A stretch of 64,000 nucleotides of DNA from Haliotis rubra (Eukaryota), in assembly GCF_003918875.1 (NCBI RefSeq), contig NW_025767008.1, positions 124,001 through 188,000 on the forward strand. The letters are read 5' to 3'. A model generated the notes under the pieces. That model made no database searches, had not been told where the DNA came from, and saw only the letters and a list, made by a program, of their open reading frames with translations. Of the stretch, positions 51,522 through 64,000 are shown piece by piece. Positions within the stretch are counted from its first letter, which is position 1. Each line of letters starts with the position of its first letter. A program made the translations under genes and the position numbers.

Positions 51522-54500
51522 TGTGATATAAACGCTATTTCACCCTGTTCCATAATGAAGAATTCATTTTGACTGAAACAGCTGTGGTCAACATTAACGC
51601 TATACAGGACATATAAATGTAACCTCCTATTGTGTTGTCCGTTTGTGCTTAATGCACATAGACACAAAAACACATTCATCAAAAAAGGACAGAGGTTGAT
51701 AAAACTGTTTCAGTATATATACCAGATTTGTTAGATTAGAAAGCCGTTCAGTATTTTGTGCAGATAATGTATACATTCAAATACCGATAAAAGTTGTTAT
51801 TCAGCTGATATGTTTTACTGACACGGAAAAAATGGTATTAAGTATTAGAAATGGTACAGAGACTATCGAACACTTTTCATAAGTCTTTTGTCATAAGTAA
51901 TGAAGATATTCAAATACAGTGACTGTACCTTTTGTAGTTAGTCTCCTGCAGCTGTGTTGTACAGATACGAACATTTGATATTTTAAAATATTATAGTATA
52001 TGTTGACTGTTAGAGAGAGATTTTAGAAAGCCTTCCATCGCTTGGGGTAGTCGTGTGTGTATTCAAATGCCTTTCGTTGTTTTCCAGCATATAGGGTTTA
52101 AAGATAATGAGATATGGCATTCTGATCCAATAAAATATGAAATTTTAATGCATCTCTATAGAGACTTGCAAAAGCCTTTCATTAATCTTCAACATGTGCT
52201 GTACAGATTCCAATACAAACTGAAATTGTATTTCAGCAGATACCTTTTACAGATACGGGCATAATTGTGAATATGGAAATTATGAAAAAGCTATACCAAC
52301 TGCCGGTGAGAGACTGCTGATGCGTCAATACAAGCACCAACATCACAGGTCAATACTATACAGAAGACCTGCACTGACCTCGTTCTATAAGTCCAAGTCA
52401 ATATTCGACGTTGGTCTGTAATTAATGAGCAATATTCTTTATGCGCGGAAACGTCTCAGAGGTAACACCACGCACTTTCTATTTAGGGGTAAATATTTAG
52501 ATTTCCCGTTTTCAATGCGATTAAATATGTGTCTGTTATATGTATCTTAATCCGACGCCATTACAGATTGTCGGCAATGTACACAATATTACTGTATGTA
52601 CACAAGACGTTTCATCTTTTCTGTATATACAGATAAGTATGATGGAAAAGGCGTCGAATGCACGTGTTTAGGCAAACAGGTACTGTCATTTGTTTCCATG
52701 GCAACCACGTCGCCTTCTTTAGAAGATTACTTAGACAAATTGGTTTAAAATAGTGATTGATAATTTATCGATAGATGAAATATAGATATAATGAATAAAA
52801 CACTAGGTCACGCTAACTAGCACCAGGTGTAAATATTCCGAAAGACGAGATTGCTTTGGAAGGAATCTCAGTTTACAACTGTGTCTAACCAATCTAACTG
52901 CGACACCAGAATATACACAGGCGCAACATTAATAACGCACTGAAAACAGGATTCACATTTTGTGTCCAAATATGTCCAAATATGTCCATAGATGTACATC
53001 GTGTCAGCTGCTGTTGTGTTAATGGTAATCATACAAGGATTATAATGTTTCAAGCTTCTACAAGCTCATAAATGCAAATAAATGATCTCAGCTATCCATG
53101 ATCCTTTCTATTTTAAGACTGCATTCAAATAGGTATGGCAAGAAACTTAGGTTTGAGCTTTAAGATAAACATGGTAGAGCGTATTTCGTCTTAATCCTCT
53201 TTCTTATAACTAATCATCTAGAGCTGACACAGAAGTACATTGACGGCTGATTAAGTGAAAAACTGCCTCAGTATTTGGCTCGTACATAATGCGTACATAT
53301 CACACATGGAATCTGTCAAGAGACTGCAGAATAGATCATCCATCTTTATCCCATGTATTCCAGCTCTTACTGGAGGTGATATCACCAAGGAAAAAGTTAC
53401 TCAACTTGTTCAATTGACCTCTCTTTCAATTGCTGGGTCTGTGTTTCGATTATGACCTATTTATGACATGAATGCTTCAACGAAGGCAACATTTGATCGT
53501 TCAGATCACCATCAACCAGAACGGGCATTGTCGTTTTCATTATACAGTTATCCTGCTATTGACTATGTGTCTGAATATATGGTGGTATTGACATTCAAGT
53601 ATTAAGTACTAGCGATATGACTCGAACCTTTGCATATAATAACGTACGAATATGTCGTGTTACACAGAGCGTGTACGTGGTATTCGGAATGCTGTAACGG
53701 CTTGTTGGGACAAAGAAGCACGGCAACCAAATAACAGACACACAAAAGGGAAATCACACTTCAATACCAGTGCTAAAGCATGGCAAAATATATCAAATTA
53801 ACTCTTCTGCTATGCGTGTGAAAGTGATTAAACACGATGTTAGTTATGTAGATGACGACAGAAAGAAACAAAATGATATACACTATATATGCGAACGAGG
53901 CACACTTAACAACACCTAACAACATCTTCGTTGTGTGTATTAGGACAGAGGTACAATAACTACCGCTCTTGCATACTATTAGCTATATGTATGAGGACCG
54001 TGACTAAACTGTATACTGTTTTAGCAATTTGAATGAGTTGCGATAATCATCTTTTCGCAAAGCAATGCTCACATCTAAGATTCTTTACTAAACATACAGT
54101 CTGTAGGCACTGTACAAACATCACATAATAGCTGAGACGAAAGGTCCATTGTCAATAGTTAAAGAACTGTATCTCATGAAAAAAAAACGAAAATATGTTT
54201 AAACGTGCAGTCTGCATGACGTGTACATGCTTGTCCATTTTCCCAACAGCACCCATCTAAACCGACAAAAAGAATGGCCGCTGACAAGTGAAGAATAATT
54301 TGATGCACCGCTCATGAAAGCGATTATTAGAACCATCCGATATGAATAGCTATCTCAGACACACTGTTTGAATGAAACATTATACAATCGACTCTATGTA
54401 TGCCAATAGTTATATTAACAAAGGAAGAATGCGATTGAATTACCCGAAACAGTAGTAATGATGTGTATTAGGAGGGGCGTGGCATTTTAGACACGGTTCG

Positions 54501-55862
54501 TATCCTAGCAACGAGGACGCCTGGATGTGGGATAACCAATTTACCGTTGATGAAAATGGGAATAAAGACGTCATTTACAATGGTGGTTGGAATGGCTGCT
54601 TGGCATATGATGAACTTTGAGTCAGTGAGTAAAGCAAACTGTCTCCACCTATGTCTCAAGAAATGCAATATAGCCTTGGGGTTGAAATGTTGCCACGCGA
54701 CCACAGTTGCGATGGTTTGATCTCTTCCAACAAGCAAAACACATACACAATTACAAAAAGGGCTTTGTAGCTTATTCAGACCGAATGCAGAAATTAAACG
54801 TAAATGCATATTCCTTAAAAAAATCAGCCGATGTACCTCATAGTCAGTGAAGCAAACTACATAGAGCCAAAGGTTTCTATTTTTTCCCCAAATTGAACTA
54901 ACAGGTCGTATTACGACTGAATATTAAAAATAGTTTAATAAACGAATGTTCAAAGCCTAATTACTAATGTAGCCGCATGGTGTACCTATCTCGTTGACTC
55001 TGTTCTCCATCACGTGTTGATAGTAAGCATTCGTATTGGAAAACGTACTACTTCGTTGATAATAACATATTCTAGTTTGTTGTATGTAGCTACATTTTCG
55101 TATAGATTCTTGCATCTAAACGTCTCTTATTGCTATAACGTTGTTGACAAAGGCGTTATGTGCCTTATTTACCTAACTACATATAAATGCAAATCGAACA
55201 ATTATTATAAAATACATTCAAGAGTATTTTTTTTATAGAAATTGGCATAACTTTATACACGAGAAATAGTTCAATTCTTTTGTGATATTGTGACCATCTA
55301 TCCGTGCACATATGCCTCAGATAGCACCTCGCGTATCGGAGACATATCCCACAGACGTTAGACAGATGTGGTTACACCTGAAAATACATTCATCTACACG
55401 TACAGTCAAACCCCGTTAATCCAGACAGCGATGATTTGTCAACCTTGCGGTGTTGACCAGAAGAACGTCCATCCAATCCCCATTGTTCATGTAGATGTAC
55501 TTATCATATGTCACGGCTTCATCATAAGCGTTATGATAAGCTTTATACAGAACTTGAGGCCTATCAGCCTTATAAAGGCCTGCATGTGTTTACTGTGCTT
55601 TTTCATACATCACGTATGAATACTCAGAAAAATAAAGTAGGACGAAACATGTGTGTTTATGTCGATCTACTGAATATTATCAGCAAACGCAGTAAAAAAA
55701 TATATGCTTATGGACTAATGTATAACTTTCGAAAGGGAAAATATATTGTACAATGTTTCATAGTGCATAGATAAAAACGAAGCCAAACAGTTTTCCTCAA
55801 ACACCTATAACGGTTCAGTCTGGATTAATGGGGCTTCAGAGTAGTGGAAGAAATATGCTTAC

Positions 55863-56547
55863 TTCTAGCGTTTTTAGCCGCCTGGTTGAGAAAGTCCTCG
55901 AAATCCACATCGCCAGCCTCTTCATCGAAGTTGAGATGCCACGGTTTCCCGAACTCCTTGTTCATGGTCAGGTAGATTGCCTCCATTACAAAGAAACAGT
56001 TGGACTTGCCCTTATTGGGGTTCGTCTTGTAATCATTGTACATCATCCCGACGTGACTCCACCCGAAGTTGTGGCACATCTCCAGGAAGAAGTTTCCAGT
56101 CATCGCATACGAGCCAAGGATCCGGGTCAGCAGCTTGTACTCCTTCTTATCATGGAACGCCGACACCAGTGCACCTGCTGTGATGACAGGTATTTTCCAC
56201 TTAGGGGAGAACCTGGCTACCGGGGCCACGCTGTAGTCACAGGCAGGACCCAGAAACACATGAGCCGTCTTCTCAACGTACATGTCAATGGCCACCAGTG
56301 GTGCCTCCGTCTCAGAACACTGGGAATCCTTGTACGTTGTTTGTATCTCATGATTTGGTAATATGTTGGGATCTTTCTGGATTGTATCCACAGCGTAGTC
56401 AATAGCTGGACGGGTTCGAGGTAATATCCAGGGATTGTCCCCCTTCATAGGGAGGATGATTCCAACTTTTACAACCTCTTTGCCTGAGGCCATCAGAACT
56501 TGTAAAACGAACATCACAGAAAGTGTATGTATTGTACAGGTCGACAT
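55863..56547 (-). CDS. First coding exon of an atrial natriuretic peptide receptor-like / receptor guanylyl cyclase gene (signal peptide + N-terminal ANF-receptor ligand-binding domain)
   Basis: Part of ORF 55825..56619. ATG at 56547 gives MSTCTIHTLSVMFVLQVLMASG (signal-like), then VKVGIILP...PAIDYAV...DSQCSETEAPLVAID...VFLGPACDYSVAPVARFSPKWKIPVITAGA...EYKLLTR...FGW, which are NPR-family motifs. Ends at GCT AGA A|GTAAGC, a phase-1 donor at 55862. No kinase-homology or cyclase domain is in the window, so NPR-A/B-like versus NPR-C-like is unresolved. Confidence 0.93.
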
Positions 56548-59284
56548 GTTTTCTCTGTTGAATGGTAAACTTGTTGGATATGTTTGACAATCAGTTACTG
56601 TTGGCCTTTGGGCGACCACTAAACACTGGCATCAAGAGTCGATGAAGTCGCGCCTGTTCCCGTAGAAGTCAAACACACGAGATTACAACGACTGTGGCAG
56701 CTTTTGTGTTCACTTTACAAAAGGAAATCCAACAACGGTAAATTGAGTTGTGATAAAATATGTGATCGATATTAAGTTTAATTTCAGTCGACTCATCTTA
56801 AACTCTTTTGATTTCATGAAATGTCAAAGTCTCACCGTGAAAAGACTATCTCGTCGTGCCCTGTAGTTTACGCGATATCTGTGATTGTAATTACTCGAGA
56901 CCTCTCCACTCACCAAGTTGGGACTGTTGTTCTCAGACGTTTGTGATATATTATATACACATCAAGGTATAAAATGTTCATCAATGTTCAAAATAAAATG
57001 AAATAACATGTCTGTGTCCACATCAACACACAGTGCGCTGGATACATCCTATGGACTGGCTATTTGCTGAAAGCCAAACACAAGTTGCTGATGGTGATAG
57101 CTGATGAGGATACCCCGAAGGAGGAAACAACAATGTGTGCTAGACACAAGTCTATGGTATTGTGTTCACCGGGTCAGCTGATTCACATGCGAATACATCA
57201 GCTGAAATGAACGCCACCGACGTGTGATGCAAATGATTCGACTGGTTTCTCCGCCAACTTAATCCAGGTTAACACGTCGGTTAGTCAGACAACAAGGCGG
57301 TACATTACCATTCATAGGGCGATTACTGAAGACAACAGCAGTACAGATAGACTCCAGTGGTCTGGGATGACTATAATGGTCACTCTCTGATCCCTGACGC
57401 CCACTGGCCTGGTCATGACCGGAATACTAAAGAACGTAATCACTGCTAGTATTGTTCATATATTGATGACCATGTCCAGATTGTATTAACACATAGGTAC
57501 AAGCCACTCCGTCTCCAGGATATGTAGAGTGATGTCCCACTATGGAAATATACTCCTCGTCCCGTGGTCATCTATTGACCAGAACTCTTCAACGGCCTTT
57601 TAGTTATAGGTGAAAACACAGATGGCCACTTGACCCCTTTTCAAAGGGCACGGGTGTCAGGACGTACAACAAGGTATTCTTGCTAAATCCATGGCATATT
57701 CCACAGAAAGCGTCTCTATCAGGCTGGGCGTCTACTGAGCACATATGCATTATTAATATCATTGAATACTTGCTTTGTCTTCATTGATAGTTCCTTATTT
57801 GTAGGTCTTGCTTAACAGTTGAAAATGTGTGATAGGTATCGGCTCCTTGAATTTAGTCACAAACACTCGTTGAACACATCCATCAGCTTAGGCTGCTCGT
57901 GTATATCGTTGTATACGTACTGTGGAATATAGGTATATATCCTACAGATTATGTTCCTAGATATGGTTCATCGCTGCCCCATCACCGTGAGTCAGGGGCT
58001 GTGATTGAGTTGAGGAGCTGTACAGCTCCTAACAGCTGTGTCAGATCGGTTGTCATCACGTTATAACGGAAGGCACGCTGTCACAACGGTTTAAACACCT
58101 TGACAATAGCACATCAATAACAGGTCAATATATAATGAAGTATCCATACAGTATATGTCGATATGTATCGCCGCAGACTAATATACCAATATTGACCGGT
58201 CACACATTAAGGATATTTTATACGGATTCAAGTGAGGTAGCGAGCGTTTTATTAATCTCTCCACTTCACATGAGAGAAAACACCCTAATGTTTGTTCTCA
58301 ATATGCAGATGGTGAAGCGATCAACCTTATATATGATGCTTCTCTTGTGAGAATGATAACGTGCCTTGAGGGTGGAGGGATCAGATCGTCGTAAAGCCAT
58401 CTTCTCTCACTGACTAAACATTGCAGAAAAAATACCTGATCTTACAGACAGAATGTAATTCTAAATGAGCACCTTAGATTCCCGTTCCAATGGTTCCATC
58501 CCATAACATTTAACACTTGACTTATGTGGAAGATTGCTGCTGTGATAAATATCACTTTCCTAAGGTAATTGAAATATCCATTTAGAGAGGGTTTTGAAAC
58601 ACGTAAAGGTTAAAGCAAATGTGAAGTTCTCACTGAACATAGTCAATGCGATACTGTAATAAGAACATCCAACAACAACTAAACTCCACAAACCTCGAGA
58701 TAGGGAAACTTCCTTACAGAAATCCGTTACACGGGGGTCTTGCTTGTTCGGAGACTCCCCTAATGATAGCGGGATTGTGCAGCTCTCGTGTCCTGTACCG
58801 GAGAGCGAGCTGACAGGCAAACCTCAGTCATAGACGACTACCATGACAGTCACTCACGGACTAGTCGCTCAGCGAGGCGAACAGTCAATATCCCTCTTTA
58901 GCTGCCGCACGACACAAGTCGGCCGGGGGGTTGCGTCGGTTAGCTTTTATTGTCGCCAATACCTTTCTGCCTGATTTGTTAAAGACTCGTATTGTAGGCA
59001 GGGAGGCGAGTGAGGGCTATTCAAGCTTCTTTAGAAGTGGGATCATGCCTCTGTATGTAGATCAACGCGGTCCTACAGTTTTCAGTTTAACAATGCGAGC
59101 TAAGCTAAGTTTAACGAAAGTTTTTAGTCTACTTTTCGTAGCATATATTATGTCGTTCTTTGCGTACACCGCCACCCAATGAAAAGCATCAACACAAGAA
59201 AAACTGAATATGATTGGCTGATGTATGCTTTCAAAGTGATCGGTTTGGAATGCGTGATAACACTACCGTAGTATGTTCAATGTA

Positions 59285-61717
59285 CTGAAGGACGTTACAG
59301 GCGTATAGTGAGAGTACTGGAGGGAGGACGTTACAGTTATATAGTGACAGTACTGGAGGGGAGGACGTTACAGTTGTATAGTGACGGTACTGGTACAGCG
59401 ACGTTACAAGTGGTATAGTGAGAATACTGGAGGGGAGGACGTTACAGTTGTATAGTGACAGTACTGGAGGGGAGGACGTTACAGTTATATAGTGACAGTA
59501 CTGGAGGGCAGGACGTTACAGTTGTATAGTGACGGTACTGGTGGGGAGGACGTTACAGTTGTATAGTGACAGTACTGGAGGGGAGGACGTTACAGTTGTA
59601 TAGTGACAGTACTGGAGGGGAGGACGTTACAGTTGTATAGTGACAGTACTGGAGGGGAGGACGTCACAGTTGTATAGTGACGGTACTGGTGGGGAGGACG
59701 TTACAGTTGTATAGTGACAGTACTGGAGGGGAGGACGTTACAGTTATATAGTGGCAGTACTGTAGGGGAGGACGTTACAGTTGTATAGTGACAGTGCTGG
59801 AGGGGAGGACGTTACAGTTATATAGTGACAGTACTGGAGGGGAGGACGTTACAGTTGTATAGTGACAGTACTGGAGGGGAGGACGTTACAGTTGTATAGT
59901 GACAGTACTGGAGGGGAGGACGTTACAGTTGTATAGTGACAGTACTGGAGGGGAGGACGTTACAGTTGTATAGTGACAGTACTGGAGGAGGACGTTACAG
60001 TTGTATAGTGACAGTACTGAGGGGAGGACGTTACAGTTGTATAGTGACAGTACTGGAGGGGAGGACGTTACAGTTGTATAGTGACGGTACTGGTGGGGAG
60101 GACGTTACAGTTGTATAGTGACAGTACCTGAGAGGGAGGACGTTACAGTTGTATAGTGACAGTACTGGAGGGAGGACGTTACAGTTGTATAGTGACAGTA
60201 CTGAGGGGAGGACGTCACAGTTGTATAGTGACGGTACTGGTGGGGAGGACGTTACAGTTGTATAGTGACAGTACTGGAGGGGAGGACGTTACAGTTATAT
60301 AGTGGCAGTACTGTAGGGGAGGACGTTACAGTTGTATAGTGACAGTGCTGGAGGAGGACGTTACAGTTATATAGTGACAGTACTGGAGGGAGGACGTTAC
60401 AGTTGTATAGTGACAGTACTGAGGGAGGACGTTACAGTTGTATAGTGACAGTACTGGAGGGGAGGACGTTACAGTTGTATAGTGACAGTACTGGAAGGGA
60501 GGACGTTACAGTTGTATAGTGACGGTACTGGAGGGGAGGACGTTACAGTTGTATAGTGACAGTACTGGAGGGGAGGACGTTACAGTTGTATAGTGACGGT
60601 ACTGGTGGGGAGGACGTTACAGTTGTATAGTGACGGTACTGGTGGGGAGGACGTTACAGTTGTATAGTGACAGTACTGGAGGGGAGGACGTTACAGTTGT
60701 ATAGTGACAGTACTGGTGGGAGGACGTTACAGTTGTATAGTGACAGTACTGGTGGGAGAACGTTACCGTTGTATAGTACAGTACTGGAGGGAGGACGTTG
60801 CAGTTGTATAGTGACAGTACTGGAGGGGAGGACGTTACAGTTGTATAGTGACAGTACTGGTGGGAGGACGTTACAGTTGTATAGTGACAGTACTGGTGGG
60901 AGGACGTTACAGTTGTATAGTACAGTACTGGTGGGAGGTACGTTACCGTGGTATAGTGACAGTACTGGTGGGAGGACGTTACAGTTGTATAGTGAGAGTA
61001 CTGGAGGGGAGGTGCGTTACAGTTGTATAGTGACTGTACTGGAGGGAGGACGTCACAGTTGTATAGTGAAAGTACTGGTGGGAGGACGTTACAGTTGTAT
61101 AGTGAGAGTACTTGGGGGGAGGTACGTTACAAGTGTATAGTGACAGTACTGGTAGGAGGACGTTACAATTGAATAGTGACAGTACTGGTAGGAGGACGTT
61201 ACAGTTGTATAGTGAGAGTACTTGAGGGAGGACGTTAGCGTTGTATACTGACAGTAATGGAGGGGAGGATGTTGCAGTTGTATAGTGAGAATACTGGTGG
61301 GAGGACGTTACAGTTGTATAGTGACAATACCGGTGGGGAGGACGTTACAGTTGTATAGTGACAGTACTGGTGGGAGGACGTTACAGTTGTATATTGACAG
61401 TACTGGAGGGGAGGACGTTACCGTTGTATAGTGACAGTACTGGTGGGAGGACGTTACAGTTGTGTAGTGACAGTACTGGTGGGAGGACGTTACCGTTGTA
61501 AAGTGACAGTACTGGAGGGCGGACGTTACAGTTGTATAGTGACAGTACTGGAGGGAGGACGTTACCGTTGTATAGTGACAGTACTGGAGGGATGACGTTA
61601 CAGTTGTATAGTGACTGTACTGGAGGGAGGACGTTACAGTTGTATGGTGACAGCACTGGAGGGGAGGACGTTACAGTTGTATAGTGACAGTACCTTTGGA
61701 AGGGCGTTACAGTTGTA
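59285..61717. repeat. Minisatellite, 36-37-bp unit, ~66 copies
   Basis: Unit TATAGTGACAGTACTGGAGGGGAGGACGTTACAGTTG; period 37 (59821 to 59858). Confidence 0.97.
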
Positions 61718-61719
61718 TA

Positions 61720-62693
61720 TACTAGCCACATAAAGAAACTGTGCGTTGTCAAAATATTATCCCAGTTGATAAGTACGATAACAATGTCACAGGTACATAT
61801 AAACATTAATGGAGGGATTATGAGACCATAACAAGTCGGGAGAATTTCAATTGTAAAGTCAATCACAATGACGCCTGTGCATAACGTTCTCCCACGCGTC
61901 TATAGGCACGTTGACGTCCATCACTATGGGAAATGTTAAACCTGGACTCATCTGTAAAAACAACATTTCTCCACCAAAACAAGGGTCTGTGGATATGATT
62001 TCGGCACTACATTCGGCGGACTTGACGATGACGTTGTGTCAGGATAGGCCGTATTGCGGGACGTCGTGGTCTGATCCTGTGATGACGTAAACGTTGTCGA
62101 ACTGTGTTGGGGTGGATACGGCGATGTCCTGGGATGGTTCGGGCAGTCATCACTGCAATCTGAAACCTGTGGCGAAGATGGGTCACCCTTATCCATCTGT
62201 CCTGTCTTGGCGTTGTTACACGTGGACGTCCAGAACGTGGCCGATCGATGACGTCATTTGTGTTCTGGTAGCATCTCACCAGTGCAGAAATGGTGTTCCG
62301 GTGGCAGTGGAAATGTGCAGCCACTTGTCGTTGAGACATTCCCCCACGGACCATCCCAATGGCCTCATGACGTTGTGCAGACGTGAGCCTTGACATGCTA
62401 TGCGTTTCAATAGCCGTTTAATTTTTTGAACGATCGAAAGGGCAGGGGTTGAGCTTTCCAAAGTGACAGTATTGTGTGGCATTCATTTGCTCTGTTTCTC
62501 TTTCCCGGAATGCACGTGCAACAACGTATTGCACTTCTCAAGGACAAACCCACTGCCGTCACGGAACGTGGCACGTGCATGCATGTTGGATACATGTCAC
62601 TAATTTCTGAGTTTAAATCCTTATGTGTCTACACAGGTTTGACAAATTTAGATTTTAAATTTTTGTATGCACAGTTTCTTTATGTGCCTAGTA
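61720..62693 (-). mobile_element. Tc1-like DNA transposon, internally deleted, both TIRs present
   Basis: 25-bp TIRs TACTAGCCACATAAAGAAACTGTGC (61720) and GCACAGTTTCTTTATGTGCCTAGTA (to 62693), one mismatch, TA-flanked. Encodes a transposase fragment. Confidence 0.92.
61880..62396 (-). pseudogene. Tc1 transposase pseudogene (HTH domains + first catalytic Asp)
   Basis: MSRLTSAQRHEAIGM...HRNTISAL...DRPRSGRPRVTTPRQDR...TVRQRL...RRPAIRPILT, then an in-frame stop and WWRNVVFTDESRFNISHSDGRQRAYRRVGERY. The C-terminal D34E portion is missing. Confidence 0.9.
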
Positions 62694-63334
62694 TATATTG
62701 ACCATACTGGAAAAAGGGACGTTGACCCTACTCCTAGTGAGTTCTTCGAGTGTCCAACATGTTCAGCAACCCCTAAGACCGTTACAAAGAACACATATCG
62801 AATCGGGGAGACTGAATAGCTGACCAAATTGTATTGAGCCTCGAATGCGTTATTCACCAGTCGAGACGTTTCTTTGTGTGTGCCTACAGTTATTTGCCTA
62901 TCTCAGCCAGACTGGTACATGCTGGTATTACACAAGGTGCGCGGATTACATGAGTTTCACCGGTATAGCACTGGCGACATAATGTGCACTTTGAAAGGAT
63001 GAAGAACTAAAAACTTGTCATCGCATGGCGTTTAACGATGATCGACCGGGCAGGCGTGACAATGTGTTATTTATAAACAGAATAATGCAAACAGATTAAC
63101 TTTAATGGTTTACTGTGGCTTTGTAGCTGGAAAGCTCAATCTCAAGCTTAGAAATCAACGCATAATTATCAGGACGCCATAATCAAAGACCAAAGTGACA
63201 CGTTTTCACGCATGTTGTTCGCAGACCGTCCGCATTCTGTCCAAAGCCAAATGTATTAATTTCCAGTATCTATACTCGGACTTGCAGCCTCATCCGTAGT
63301 CAATGCCATAGTTCTCGTCGACACCTCAACCTCC

Positions 63335-64000
63335 CCCCCACACACACACACACATCCACACACACATCCACAACCACACCAACATCCACATCCACACACA
63401 ACCACATCCATATCCACATCCATATCCACAACCATATCCACATCCACATCCACATCCACTTCCACACCCACACACCCACACACACCCACATCCATATCCA
63501 TATCCATATCACAACCACAACACATCGACATCCGCATCCACACCCACACCAACATCCACACACAAATATCCACATCCACATCCACATCCGTATCCACATC
63601 AACACACACATCCATACACACACACACACACACCCATATCCACACACATACACATGCCTACATCCACACCCACACATATACACACACCCATATCCACACA
63701 CACCTATATCCACATTTCACCCACATCCACACACATACACAGACCCACATCCACAACCACATCCACTCCCACAACAACATCCACAACAACATCCACATCG
63801 GCATGCACACCCACACACCCACATCCACACCCAGACCAACATACACACACAAACATCCACATCCACACAAACATCCACACACACATCAACATCCACATCC
63901 ACTTACACACAGACATCCACACATTCACAAATCCACACACACAGCCTCCCCCACACACACCCACACACGACCCCCATACACACATATCACACACACACAC
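63335..64000. repeat. CA/CACATC-rich low-complexity tract
   Basis: Seen directly. Confidence 0.92.

Larger units (their letters stand above)
2939..55862 (-). other. ~52.9-kb GT-AG intron of the NPR-like gene
   Basis: Canonical donor (55862-55861) and acceptor (2940-2939), with a phase-compatible and protein-continuous junction. The three N-gaps make the length approximate. Confidence 0.85.

Noticed and set aside
52692-52705. RFX X-box-like GTTTCCATGGCAAC in the intron
   Set aside because: A single motif in 64 kb with no conservation evidence.
55828-56361. 177-aa plus-strand ORF
   Set aside because: Antisense shadow of the receptor exon, with no recognisable motifs.
56548-56619. Upstream 24-codon extension of the receptor ORF, and read-through past 55863
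   Set aside because: The extension starts at a non-ATG codon, while Met at 56547 gives a proper signal peptide. The KHISSTTLKPH tail is intron sequence after the donor.
57100-57145. CTGATGA...GAAAC as another hammerhead
   Set aside because: No valid stem II closing before GAAA and no stem I/III pairing.
2950-61717. Regular short-period arrays as CRISPR arrays
   Set aside because: The units are contiguous with no unique spacers, there are no cas genes, and the context is eukaryotic.

Overview
Eukaryotic, repeat-rich invertebrate DNA. The SINE types and gene style suggest a gastropod mollusc such as abalone; this is inference only. There are three N-gaps (18464-18606, 26111-26275, 35037-35310). 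The one supportable host gene is a natriuretic-peptide-receptor / membrane guanylyl cyclase-type receptor on the minus strand. Its first coding exon (56547->55863; signal peptide plus ANF-receptor ligand-binding domain) splices in phase to a 112-nt exon (2938->2827, absent from the ORF track) across a ~52.9-kb intron, and the rest of the gene lies left of the window. The intron and upstream region hold several SINE families, a Penelope-like remnant with two inverted minimal hammerhead motifs, two Tc1-like relics, L1/Tx1 and other LINE fragments, and nine minisatellite arrays with 26-65 bp units. Main observations: (1) a SINE family with no tRNA head, whose copies share one 5' start that folds into a pseudoknot with compensatory changes between copies; (2) several arrays amplify a functional motif, namely that pseudoknot domain, the Tc1 catalytic 'VLFTDES' codons, and the branch-point region of the gene's own splice acceptor; (3) two arrays contain copies of their own flanking DNA.
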